This document shows positions 51,082 to 62,559 of a DNA stretch of 64,000 nt, in pieces; position 1 is the stretch's first letter, and the number at the start of each line of letters is the position of its first letter. The notes under the pieces were generated by a model that was given only the letters and a program-made list of their open reading frames with translations, searched no databases and was not told the DNA's origin. A program made the position numbers and the translations under genes. Where the stretch lies: contig CDMY01000221.1 of NCBI GenBank assembly GCA_001179505.1, forward strand, positions 98,636 to 162,635. The letters run 5' to 3'. The stretch is from Vitrella brassicaformis CCMP3155. Lineage: Eukaryota; Protista; Chromerida.

Positions 51082-54000
51082 ATGAGTGAGCATCGCAAGA
51101 GGAAGAGCAACGCTGCGAGAGGTAGGCACGAACATTGCACGAACGCAGGACAGGTGACCCTCGCCATCGTGGCACTCGCTCATTCATTTCGGTGCTTTGC
51201 TTTGATTGATGTCACTCACAGAGCGAGGAATCGAGCTGCTGGAGTTCCTCCCATCTATCGGCGTCAAGGCGCCGCAGGTGCCTGTCGAGCCGCAGTGGCG
51301 CATCTTGTTTGACGTGTCGATGGACGCCTTCTACGCCAGGCTGCTGGTCAACGGACAGGAGCATCTGTTCGGCCCGTACCAGTCGCTCCATGAGGCACGG
51401 CAGCGCCATGACCTGGAGGCAGTCAGATACCTGGGTCTGCGGCAGGGGTCGAGGATAGCATTCGACGGCCACCTCATGCAGCCGCATCGGCTCGACCCTG
51501 CCCTGCGCCAGCTCTACTACTTGGGCCACCCTGAGGAGGGGGACAAGACGCCCACAGCCAAACGGAAGCAGGCATCGCGAGAGCAGGCGCCAATGGGGAG
51601 CAGCAGCGCATCCTCAGCAACGGCATCAGCACCATCACCGGCAGCGGCGGCAGCAGCACCAGTGGCGGCAGATGTGTGCGAGGATCTCAACGATGAAACG
51701 ATGGAGGAGACCGAGGAGAAGGACTTTGACGTCATCGTGATTGGAGCGGGCACTTCAGGTGGGCAGCAAACACGACACAGCTATACAAGGAACAAAACAA
51801 TCATGCCACCTGTGCCTGTGTGTGTGTGTGTGTGTGTGTGGTCGTTGGTTCTGTCCTCAGGTTTAGTTGCCGCTCGTGAGTGTGTAGCCGCGGGCCTCAC
51901 TGTCGGCATATTCGAGTCACGCAATGAGCCAGGCGGCAGATTGCGGACGCACACTCTCCGTCACACCTCCTCGTCGTCGGCCGCTGCGTCATCGGCCCAG
52001 CCGCCCCACTCTGGCGACGTCCATGTGGAGCTCGGGGCCCAGTACATCCACGGGTGCGCCGGGGAGCAGCAGCACAAGGGCAACCCCGTCCTACGCGCCA
52101 GCATCACACAGGAGCGACGAGTGGGCTATGTGGCCGGCCCAGAGGGCACCTCAGAGCCATGCGACACGGCCATGTTCTTCGACACGAAGAGCGGCCATCC
52201 CGTGGCGTCGTATGACGTGGCGAGGGTCGACATGGTCATGAAGGCCATGACCGAGGAGGTGCGGTATGAGGTGCGGCTGGCGTGCAACCCTTGTGCGGCC
52301 CACCCCTACTGGCAGGCGACGCCCGTGTCCCACCTGCGGACCATCCACGACCTGGCCCTGCACGCCAAGGCCGCCGGCGCCAAGAGGAGGGGCGACATCA
52401 GCAACCGATGGCGCGACCACCAGCTGTGGCTGGAGCATGAGGCAACCATCGAGAGCTACCTCGACACCATCTTCCCCGACCGACACGAAATCCTGTCGCC
52501 ATCCACCCAGCCCCCTTCGCCCACCTTCAGCCCAGCCAGGACGGGCGACTCAGCGTCATCCAAGTCCAAGAAGAAAGACGGGGAGAGCGAGGCTGCCGAG
52601 ACCCAGGAGGGCGTGTGGCCCCCTCCGGTCAAGTCAGATCGCATCAGGCGGAGCGTGCGTGTGCGGCGGGGGACTGAGGGGTCAGAGGATGGGAGGGGGG
52701 GCGGAAGCAAGCATGTGGAGGATCTCGAGTCGGCGTCGCGTCGGCTGCTACCCAAGGTACTCGAGCGCCACCTGATCGTCCTCTATGTGCGATTGCATGT
52801 ATGTGTGTATGGCCGATTGCCTGCAGGTCCTCAAGCGCCTGGGGCTGCAGGGCCACTGGACCGACCTCCACGACCAGATGCTCGCCAAAGCCAAAGCGCG
52901 GACGTAGGAGGGGGAGCCGAGGAGGCACGAAACCATCAGATACATTACATCAGACATTTTCTTTCTCTCTCTCTCTCTGTGTGTGTGTGTGAATGTGTGT
53001 GTCTGTATCAGTTGGATGATGTGTTGCTCTCCGTGTGACTTGGATCTGCAGTACGAGCACTACTTGGACACCATCAAGTGGAGCGACCAGGACGGCTGGC
53101 AGTGGGAGGAGCACATGTCGCCCAAAGACGACGACGCCTTCCGCCACGAGTACCTCGACATGAGCCGTGGCGAGGGCGACACCTGGCTGCACGACGCCCG
53201 CCTGGCCCCATCCATCGACGACCTCCTCTCTGCACACGACAAGCGCCTCGTCAGCACCGGCCGCAAGGACTTCGAGAGCAAGAGGGCCGCCGATCAGCAC
53301 CGCAGAGTGGCTAAGCCCACTCCCGTCAACCTCACCAAGGCCGACTGGATCGTGCTCGAGGGATACCGCCAGATGGTCATCGACCCACTCATCCAGCACC
53401 ACTGCACCACCGCCACGGTGCCGGACGGCCGCGAGGTGGACGGACAGCTGGCCGTCGTCCACTATCGGTGTCCGGTGGCGAGCATAGAGCATCGCACCGA
53501 CTGTCGGCTGGTGAGGGCGGATGGCGTTGCTGAGGGAGCCGAGGGCTTCATGGAGGTGCGGCTGGCCGAGGGCGCCGATGCCGCTCGCAAGGTGGGCAAA
53601 GGACAATGACGGGTGCGCATGGGTCGGTGGGCTGACGACTCTTCGTTCTGTGTGTCTGCAGGTGTATCGCAGTCTGTACGTGGTCGCGACCTTACCCTTG
53701 GGCATCCTCAAAGCGTCCCTTAGCTGCCACCGCGACCAGGCCAAGATAGACGCATCCGACACACTCAAGAAGAAGTGAACCACAACACAATCACGAACAC
53801 AAAGCCCCAAACAGCCTCTTCATCGTCGCTGCTCTGTCGTCTTCCTCTTCGTCTTTGCCGTCAGTTTGGTGACGTTCGTCCCGCCCCTCTCATCGGCCAA
53901 GCAAGAGGTGATCACGACCCTGGGGTTCGGCATCCACAACAAAGTGCTGCTGCGGTTCGACACGCACATCGGCAAGGGGTCGCTGCGGCCGCCCAAGCCA

Positions 54001-55132
54001 TCCGGCACCAGGTCGGGTGATGCACAGGGGCAGGGTGAGGGTGCGGGCGACACGGCTCTGCACCCGCTGTGGTCGGAGTTCGGTGGTGTGCCCAACTGGA
54101 CCAACACCCAACCCGACTACCCGGTGCAGATACTCAACCTTCACGCATACGGTACGGTAGGCACACACACAACACCACATAGACAGACGACAGAGGTGAT
54201 TGCGTGTGTGGCGTGTGCCTGTCTGTGTGTCGATCCGTTCAGGCAAGCCGGGGACGCTGTGCATGCACGTGTATCCCCCGCTGTCTGACGGCTTCAACGG
54301 CAAAGACGACCAACAGGTACGTGTGTGGCGTCGACAAATACAAAGGGATAGGGAGCGACCAGTCGACCATTCCATGTGTGTGTGTTGGTGGTGTGCGCGT
54401 GTGTGTCCGCAGGCGCTAGAGGAGTGTCTGGGCGTGCTCGAGAACATGTTCAGAGGACCCCTTAAACCGCGACTGGTGGGCGACTGAACCGACACGTGTA
54501 TGCATACCAACGACAAGACACCCTTCCATCCACCTTGACTTGTGCGTGGCGTGCATTAGTGTGAGGGTGCGCCTGTGCTGCCCACTCTCCTGGACTGGAA
54601 GATCACCCACTGGGAGAGGGAGCCCGAGGCGCTCGGATCCTACTCATACCTAGCAAAGGTCAACACCACACACACCACACCTAATTGCTCTCCTGCATGC
54701 TGTGCTTTGCCTTTTCTCTCATCTCTCTGTTTGCAGGGCTGCGGTGAGGAGGCCGTGACCGAGTTGGGACAGCCCGAACACTCGGGGAGGCTGCAGTTCG
54801 CAGGTAGGCCACCTCACCCACCCCCTCCCTCTATCTGCTGTCATATGCGTCCCTGTCGTCGTGTGTCAGGTGAGGCCACCTCTCGTGAGGGCTTCCAGTG
54901 TGTCACGGGTGCGTGGATGAGCGGCGAGCGGGCGGCCAAGCACATCAGGAACCACATCCGGGACACCAACCCCAACCACCCCATGGTGTCTACATCGGCT
55001 GCAGGCGGCACGGGGTCGGCCTCTATGGTGGCTGGGGGCGAGCAGCAGCGCGCGCGGCGGCCGTCGCTGAAGCGCAAGGAGAACGAGGAGCTGCTGGCCG
55101 ATATCAAGGACAAGAAACTCAGGTTTGAGTGA
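51082..55132 (+). CDS. Flavin-dependent amine oxidase (LSD1/polyamine-oxidase type) with N-terminal AP2/ERF-like domain
   Basis: VIVIGAGTSGLVAA, ESRNEPGGRLRT, VELGAQYIHG, VATLPLGILK, LGFGIHNKVLLRF, WEREPEALGSYSY, LQFAGEAT...VTGAWMSGERAA. First exon MSEHRKRK (NLS-like) splices in frame at 51222. No SWIRM domain seen. Confidence 0.85.
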
Positions 55133-55351
55133 GTGATGAGTAGTGTAGGTCTTCGTCGTCTTGCTCTGGGATGGGATGGGGTGGGATGGGTGTATCGTGC
55201 GAGGATGACACTCCCGCCATGCAATGACTTTTTGCATGACGCGTTGCACGTATGAATGAATGGCCATTCATTTGATCAAGCGAAGGAACACTGGTCCAAT
55301 GAAACATCACACACGCACATAGATACCCACACGCACATCTGCCTGCACTCA

Positions 55352-56356
55352 TCAGCCGGTCACCTTGACATGTGGGGGCACACAGGTCAGAATGGAGCAG
55401 TCAGGCGGAATGAAAGTGAAGTCCTCATTGCGTAATACCCCCACCTGTGGCCGCGTGCACCCAAAGAAGCAGCTGTACGTCCCCTTGCCGGCTGCCGAAT
55501 CGAGAAAGGCAGGCACAGTCTGGGGGCTCGATAGGTCGGCCTCCACCATCAGCACCGGCAGGTGCCGTGCAGTGGTCTGCATGGCCCCCTGCAGCACCTG
55601 CATCCCCATCCTCTCCACGTCAATCTTGATGACATCAAGCCGGGGCCACTCCATGTCATCCAGACGAACCCGCCACACTGCCTCTGTGGCCTTCCCAGCC
55701 GTTCCAATCCAATCTGACGGACGGTCCGTGTCGACCGTGGACGCACCGAAATTGCCAATATGGTCGTAGTCGTATGTCGGTATGGTCATCAGCTCCTTCG
55801 CGTTGCCCACCGCAGCATTGACCGTCCGCACCACTGACCCAAGGCCGTTCAGCACCACGTTGGCAGCGAGCACCTGGAAGATCCGTCTAAATGGCTCGAA
55901 CGCCACCACACGCCCGTGGGGCGCCACTCTGCGTGCCATCGGGACGGTGAGTGAGCCGATGTTGGCGCCCACGTCGGCCACCCAGCAGCCGGGCTGGAGA
56001 AGCTTCTCCACACTCATGAGTAAGGTTTCCTCCCACACGCCGTGGACAATGAGGGATGCGCTGACGAAGAAGTCCAGCGGGAAGACCACAAAGCTGCCGT
56101 GTTTGCCCCGTGTCAACAGGTAGGAGGCGGCATCGTGCTTGAAGGCGAAGCCGTTTTGGTTCTCGTCATGGGTGGATTCATTGAAGAGGCGCTGTGGATC
56201 TAGCTGCTGGCCGATGCGATGATGGAGATGGCCATCCGCCAGGCTGCACTCGAGTGCGCCGTCGGTGCTGCATTGGCCCGCAGTGGTCGAGTTGACAGCC
56301 GATGATTCCGCACCAGCGTAGAAGAGGGAGAGGAAGAGAAGCGAAATCAACAACAT
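55352..56356 (-). CDS. FkbM-family SAM-dependent methyltransferase, intronless, with N-terminal signal/anchor
   Basis: VADVGANIGS, AFEPFRRIFQVLAANV, VNAAVG, LDVIKIDVE, PVLMVE; N-terminus MLLISLLFLSLFYAG. Confidence 0.9.
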   Translation of the reverse strand: MLLISLLFLSLFYAGAESSAVNSTTAGQCSTDGALECSLADGHLHHRIGQQLDPQRLFNESTHDENQNGFAFKHDAASYLLTRGKHGSFVVFPLDFFVSASLIVHGVWEETLLMSVEKLLQPGCWVADVGANIGSLTVPMARRVAPHGRVVAFEPFRRIFQVLAANVVLNGLGSVVRTVNAAVGNAKELMTIPTYDYDHIGNFGASTVDTDRPSDWIGTAGKATEAVWRVRLDDMEWPRLDVIKIDVERMGMQVLQGAMQTTARHLPVLMVEADLSSPQTVPAFLDSAAGKGTYSCFFGCTRPQVGVLRNEDFTFIPPDCSILTCVPPHVKVTG

Positions 56357-56393
56357 CGGAAGATCCCTGTATTTACAGAGTCTGGGGGCTCAT

Positions 56394-57260
56394 ATGAGAC
56401 TGGACAGAGCGCGCAAGAGAGAATTGACGGCCACACGGGAAGGTGTCTGGGGCAGGGTCACAGGCTGGCTGAAGGGTCAGATGAGCAGCCTGGTGGCCCC
56501 CAACCCTCAGCCCAACGGGCCCATCCAGTACAGCCACATGTGGACATGCTGCTACGACGACCTGATGGTGTCCGAGGCCCTCACGTAAGCATTGAATGCT
56601 CATCCACAGGGAGGAGCCGGTTAGAGAGAGAGCCGTGCCAGTCAGCAGCCAGGCATGATGTGTGATGTGATGAGAGGGAAACACTGATGACTAGAGAGAC
56701 TGCCAAGCCTCTTTGTTCCTGTGTCCCCTCTGTCTCTCTCTCTCTCCCTCTGTCTCTCTCTGTCTGTTTGTGTGTGTGACCAGGTTCAGCGGCAGCCCCA
56801 TCATCCACCCACGAGACAGGCTGCCGCTGTTCAATGAGGAGATCCCCCGCGTGGAGTACAACCCCGAGCCACAGGTACGTGTGGCCTCGAGGCATCACAG
56901 ACGCACACACACCTGTTCCTTGCTTCTTTCATCTCCCTGTGCCATCCATCCGTCCACCAGAGCATCTTTGACCAAATCCGAGGCCCTACCGACGACAGCA
57001 TCAGGCCGGTGGCCAAGTTCATGGGGGTGCTGAAGGACCCCGCTGAGGGCACTTTCAGGAGGGGCGTTGGCGTCGATATGGTTCGGGAGTGGACAGCACA
57101 TTGACACAGAGAGAGATAGACATGCGGGCATCGCCTCATCGTGGCTGTCTGTCTGGCTGTTTGTGTGTCAAACTGTCGATCTCATCAGTGGTGGCCATAC
57201 GTCGCCTTCGAGCCGAAGAGCGGCCGCTGCGTCAATACTTGCCCGCGGGACGACTGGTGA
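56394..57260 (+). CDS. Small hypothetical protein (4 exons)
   Basis: In-frame GT-AG joins: ...TCCYDDLMVSEALT|FSGSPIIHPRDRLPLFNEEIPRVEYNPEPQ|SIFDQIRG...GVGVDM|WWPYVAFEPKSGRCVNTCPRDDW*. No recognised domain. Confidence 0.6.
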
Positions 57261-57278
57261 AATGGACGGTGAAGCGCC

Positions 57279-57310
<32 letters not shown>

Positions 57311-57937
57311 GGTAGACAGGCAGGCAAAGAGAGAGGCAGACACAGAGGTTGTACAAATCTGACCAACTCATGTCTCTCTCTCTGTCTGTGCGTGTGTGCA
57401 TGCTCAGGCCATCCAACCACGCCCCACTGGCGATATGATGGATGGATGGATGGAGATACGGACGGATGGACGACTGTGTGTGCATCTCTCATGGATTGCG
57501 GTCAAGAAGCTGGGAATGAGAAAGGCGACTAGTGAAAGCGCGCTATGCGGTCCATTCTTTCATGCCTCACTCACTGTCCACATGTACGTATCATGCAAGT
57601 GAGCTGTGTGTGCACTGCAGTCCTTCTATCTTGTGAAAGCCCTCTCAGCGAGACGGGCACACGGGTGTGCACTGGCACACCCCTCATGACATGAGTGAGT
57701 GAGTGAGTACGTCTGCTGCCTGACTTCATTCATTCATTCGTGCAGTCAGTGTTATGTTACTCAACTAATTGCAAATGACAAATCAATCAATTGATCAACA
57801 CTCCTCGTTCGGCCTTTGGCACCAATACACAGGATCAACTCTTCTCATTGTGCACCTGCACAGAAAGACGGTTCCATAGGCGGTCTGCCGCGTAGGCAGC
57901 GTGTGCGTGTTTCGTCTTCTCTCTCACCATCGGTGTC

Positions 57938-60817
57938 TTAGTATGGTTGGTATCGGTGGCTGCTGCCGCCCCCAGCCCCCCGTGCGTCGGCGCCTGCCCC
58001 CGCTCTCGGGTCGCCCGGTGGCCCGCCCATGCCGCGCTCGCTGCCTCGTGACGGGCCTGACACACACACACACACACGCACACACATACACGCATCAACC
58101 AACATGGCTGCGTGTCGTGTCGGTTTTTGGTTTGCTGCTTACCATAGGAGCCACGGTAGTACTCGTCAGCCTCACCGCCATAGCCTGCCAGACACAGAGA
58201 GAGTCTCGGGCCTCAGTCAGTGGCTTTGTTTGTTGAGGCTGCGTGTCTGTGTGTGTGTGCACGGGGCACCTCTTGATCCGTATCCGCCTTGTCTGTCGTT
58301 GTACCCGGCTCCCCCGCCATAGCCCCCTCCATACCCACCGCCATAGTCATACCCGCCGCCCCCATACCCAGACCCACTGCCGTAGTACCCACCACCTGCC
58401 ATTATCACATCACACACGGACAGCGTGATCAGCGATGGTATCCTGTCTGTCACTCTCTGTCTGTCCATGTGTGTGTGTGTCTGTGTCTGTGTCTGTCTGC
58501 TGCCGCACCTCTCGACCCGTAGGAGCCTCCCCCTGCTTCATATCCGGCGTAGTAGTCACGGCCGTAGTCATTTCTCTGGTAGTACTGGCTGGCAGGGGCG
58601 CCGCGAGACCCGTACGCGTAGCCACCCTGGTACCCTGATGACAACAACACATAGACCATTTGACAGGAATGCACATGAGGCCTTTTCATGTTTCGGATAA
58701 GCGACTGATTGGTGCTCACCGCCGTATCCCCCTCCCTGTCCGCCACCGTAGTATCCGCCAGGGCTGCCATACTGCCCGCCCCCTGACGACCGGCCGTAGG
58801 ACGGGCCATAGCCACCGCCGCCGCCATACCCACCCCCATAGCTGCCAGACGCATAACCTGACATTAGCCGTGGACGGAGAAACAGAGAGATCAGTCGACG
58901 AAGAGTGCATGTGGTGTCTGTTTCTTGTTCGGTCACTTTGTCTGTTGTTGTATGCGGCGCCGCCGCCATAGCCGCCGTATCCGCCTCCTCCCCCTCCCCC
59001 TCCATATGGTGCGGCGCCGTATCCGCCTCCGTAGGGCCCGCCCCTGTCGCCGCTCCGACTAGCCATCGCCGCCCTCTCGCGGTCGCGCCGCTTCGGCTCG
59101 GCCTTCTTCACCTCAACCTATCCGACACGCAAAGTGCGAGTGGGGGGGACGTCACACGGCGTGTGTGTGTGTGTGTGTGTGCCATCTTCGGTACCCGTCT
59201 CTCGCCGATTTTGTGTTCGGCGTTGAGGGCGGCCTCGACGGCTCCATCGTCGCGGAAGGTCACGAAGCCGAAACCGCGAGATGTGCCGTCGACTGCACAT
59301 TACAAAAAACGCAGGGAGACAGGCAGACATGCATGAGCGGTCGTGTCAATGGCTGCACGGAATGCGTGTGTCTTACGGTCTTTGATGACGGTGCAGTCTT
59401 CGATCTCGCCGAACTTAACGAACGACTCCTGCAGATGCTCTGCATGCACGCACACAGATACACATGGACACACATCTCCCTCCTCCCTCCCTCCCTGTGT
59501 GGTGCATCTAACGTGACATACGTTCGGTGAGTTCGGGTGCCAGCCCTCCGATGAAGATCTTCCGGGGCACCTCGCTGCTGAACTGCTGTTGCTGCTGCTG
59601 CTGGGCCGCGGCGTTCTGGCTCTCCTCACGCACATCAACCTGACGCGCAAGTCCATCCACACAGATGAATGACCCGCGTGTGCGTGTCTATGTCTGTCGG
59701 TGTGCGTACTCGTTTGCCCTTGATTTCGTGTTTGGCTTCGAAGATGATTTTCTTGAAGTTTTTGTCGGCGATGGTGACGAACCCAAAGCCCTTGGACCGT
59801 TTGGTCTCTCTGTCCTTCATGACAAACACCTCCTTGACATCGCAGAACTGCTCAAAGTACGAACGGACGTCATCTACACATACAAGACATACAGCCAGGC
59901 GACCACACACGGTGGCAAAGACCGGCAGACACACACAACAAACAACACTCAATCAACCAACAGCTGGGGATGTCGATAACAGGCTATGAATCGGGGCACT
60001 GGGAGACTACATATACGCTCGTGTATGTTTGTATCATCTCTGTCGGTCACTGCTGGGCGAGTCGAGTCGAGTCGAGTCGAGTCGATGGACACATACCTTC
60101 GTTGCAGTCAGGCAGACCCCCAACAAAGAACTTGCTGCAAAGACAACAACAGCCAACACAGCCACACATAGCTATCAACACTCCTCGCCGGCAGGCAGGC
60201 CATCAAGCTGTCACAGAGCTATGCACACTGCAACTGCATTCATCCTCTCAGAAGCAGCAGCTCACATCTCTTGGCATTACCGACCGACCGACCGACTCAT
60301 ATCGACACTCATCCCTCGCTATCAACAAGCACGGCTACACTCATCCAGCCAGCCCCCAAACTCACTAGGGCTCTAAAGGTCCAGACGCCTGATGCTCGGT
60401 CGGATGCTCCCCTCCAGCGGTAAAACCACCAGCACCAGCACCAGCGGCACCAGCACCGGTAGGCATCTCAGCTCCAGAGGCGGCTGCCTCCACCTGACCG
60501 CCGCTGACGCCGTTGGCAGCCGGCGCTGCGGGAGCAGTGGCGTTGTCAGCCGTCTGCATGCCGCTCTGCTGTCCATTGCCGGCCGCTCCTGCCGCCGTCA
60601 CGTCCTGCTGCCCCTGCACCTCCACCGGCAGCTGAGACGCGTGGCCATGGGTGTCCTGGTCAGGCTGTTTGGGCTGCTCGGGCTGCTCGGGGGGATGATG
60701 ATCCTCAGGGGGATGATGCTGATGCTCATCGGCTGCCTCCTCTGCCTCTCCCTCCCCCTGTTGATCATAGAGGCTGCACTCCACATGGTCTTCTCCCTGC
60801 ATCTCAGTCTCCGCCAT
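57938..60817 (-). CDS. hnRNP A/B/D- or Musashi-like RNA-binding protein (2 RRMs plus Gly/Tyr-rich tail)
   Basis: RNP2 motifs KFFVGGL and KIFIGGL; RNP1 RSKGFGFVTI and a second GFGFVTF. Gly/Tyr-rich exons follow, and the protein ends HRYQPY* (PY-NLS-like). Confidence 0.9.
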
Positions 60818-60879
60818 TGCTTCGCACAAGGGGTGTGTGCGAACCTTCAAAGGGACGGAAGATGAGCCGGCCGAGCTCT

Positions 60880-60905
60880 GCGAGCTTAGCCCGAAAGTGC
60901 GAGCT
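60880..60905 (+). promoter_or_regulatory. Two GCGAGCT motifs in divergent spacer
   Basis: tGCGAGCTt at 60880-60886 and 60899-60905, between 60817 and 61044. Confidence 0.55.
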
Positions 60906-61043
60906 TGTAAAAGCTCCTGGAGGAGGAGCATGCTTATCTCCCTGCGGCCTGCAGGACGCTGATCTGATTATCCTGTTCCAAGCTGAATCAGATCTGGTCT
61001 TCAGCATCTGGAGTTCAGCATCTGCCGAGGTCTGCTGAAGATC

Positions 61044-62387
61044 ATGCTGGGGCGTCCGCCGAGGGACTATTCATCCGCATCTCGGCGTCGCGCAAGCCCA
61101 TCCCTCTCCCCTTCCACCTCCGTTCCCCGGATGCCGCCAGCGGATGCGGGTGATTCCACTCATCGCAGGAGGGTGCATTCGGCAGTGAAGACGGCATCGT
61201 TTGCGGCTTGTTTGTTCATTCATCTCGTGGCCATGCCACCTGCCTTATGCTGGAGATCAACGAGGCTTTCATTCATGAGGATCCATCTTCCCAGACATGG
61301 CGCTTGGCCACCGTGGAGGCCTCCGAGGACTGCATTACATGCTGCTGAGAGCACTGAGGACTTTATGCGTCGCCTTGCGCCGAGGCTGGGTCGGTCTGCT
61401 GATGACCTGTCGCCTTACATCCGCAAGCTGCGAGAAGAGTGGATCACCGAGCCGGCGTTATTACTGGAGGGCCACTCTGTGCAGGAGACAAAGGACATGC
61501 TGAGGGAATGGGGCTTCCCGCGTGGGCTCATTAATGTCATGATGAAGGAGCTGCAATCAACGACGGCTGGCAAACAGGGGCCTTCTCTACCGCAAAAAAG
61601 ATCAGACACCACGGCTGCCCCTCCGACCGCCAAAAAGAGCGCAGCCCCCTCCCCTCCACCGTCGACGGTCGAAGGGCCTTCTGATATCGTGCTAGTGAAG
61701 CAGGAGGTGATGGAGCGCGTCAAGCGAGACCATGCCCCGCAGCGGAGGAGCCTCGGGCAAAGACTCAAGGCCCTTGCCGAGCGCGGACCACTCCCTTCGC
61801 CGCCCCCCAGCCAGCAATATCTCGGGACATTTCATCTTCTCCCAGTCGACAACAGGACGGTGGCTGTTGATCAGCGAGGCGGTGCTGCTCAGTCCAAGAG
61901 GACTCCACAGTCGAAAGCAGACCAAGTGCCCACAAGCGAGACACCAAACCGACTAGATCTCAGACGTACCGGCCGTCAGCGTGCCAGGGCACCCCCCGTC
62001 CCCCAGTTATCCGTCCCACCCAGAGCGCCCCAGAACGTCACATCGATGGACCTGTCGCCCCCTCAGCTGAGTTTATCGATGGATGGCTTGTTCGACTTCG
62101 ATGCCAGCAGGCTGGCGGCTGATGGCCACGGCCTCGACGACTTCTATGACATCCCGCTGGAGGGAGAGGGCGATGATACGGACGTCGAGGGCGGCGGGAG
62201 TGGTGTGCGTTTGAATGGCACCGACCTGGGCGAGGCGCGAGAACTGATCCAGAACCTGCTGGAGGGCTTCATTAGCAAACAGGGGAAGGGTACTGGTACT
62301 GCCCCGGGTGCTGACGTTGGCGATGCGAGAGGGGAGGTGAATGCTGACGGAGAGAAAGTGAGAGTGACGGAGACCAAGCAGACATGA
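61044..62387 (+). CDS. Intronless hypothetical protein, possible organelle-targeting leader and small helical domain
   Basis: 447-aa ORF with coding-like composition. Hydrophobic patch ASFAACLFIHLVAMPPALCW followed by an Arg/Ser/Pro-rich stretch; LREEWITE...LREWGFPRGLI segment. True start uncertain. Confidence 0.55.
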   Translation: MLGRPPRDYSSASRRRASPSLSPSTSVPRMPPADAGDSTHRRRVHSAVKTASFAACLFIHLVAMPPALCWRSTRLSFMRIHLPRHGAWPPWRPPRTALHAAESTEDFMRRLAPRLGRSADDLSPYIRKLREEWITEPALLLEGHSVQETKDMLREWGFPRGLINVMMKELQSTTAGKQGPSLPQKRSDTTAAPPTAKKSAAPSPPPSTVEGPSDIVLVKQEVMERVKRDHAPQRRSLGQRLKALAERGPLPSPPPSQQYLGTFHLLPVDNRTVAVDQRGGAAQSKRTPQSKADQVPTSETPNRLDLRRTGRQRARAPPVPQLSVPPRAPQNVTSMDLSPPQLSLSMDGLFDFDASRLAADGHGLDDFYDIPLEGEGDDTDVEGGGSGVRLNGTDLGEARELIQNLLEGFISKQGKGTGTAPGADVGDARGEVNADGEKVRVTETKQT

Positions 62388-62559
62388 TGCCTGGTGGGCA
62401 CGGCTGTATAGGTTATGCGTGTAATGACGTGGCTGTGACACATGAGAGAGAGATTGATGTGATTGCACCAATACGCGGTGTTGAAATAACGTCAGCGGAA
62501 TGCATCCGATCCATGATACGCACGACACCAGACGTTACGCATTGAGAGGGTATCAGAAC

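Noticed and set aside
51082-55132. Assigning the symbol LSD1/KDM1
   Set aside because: No SWIRM or Tower domain was recognised, and the conserved Lys is shared with polyamine oxidases. Phylogeny is needed.
55120-56400. Amine-oxidase gene splicing over FkbM into the 56394 gene
   Set aside because: The candidate donors near 55122-55130 are phase 2 and hit a stop right after the 56378 acceptor. The oxidase ends naturally at 55132.
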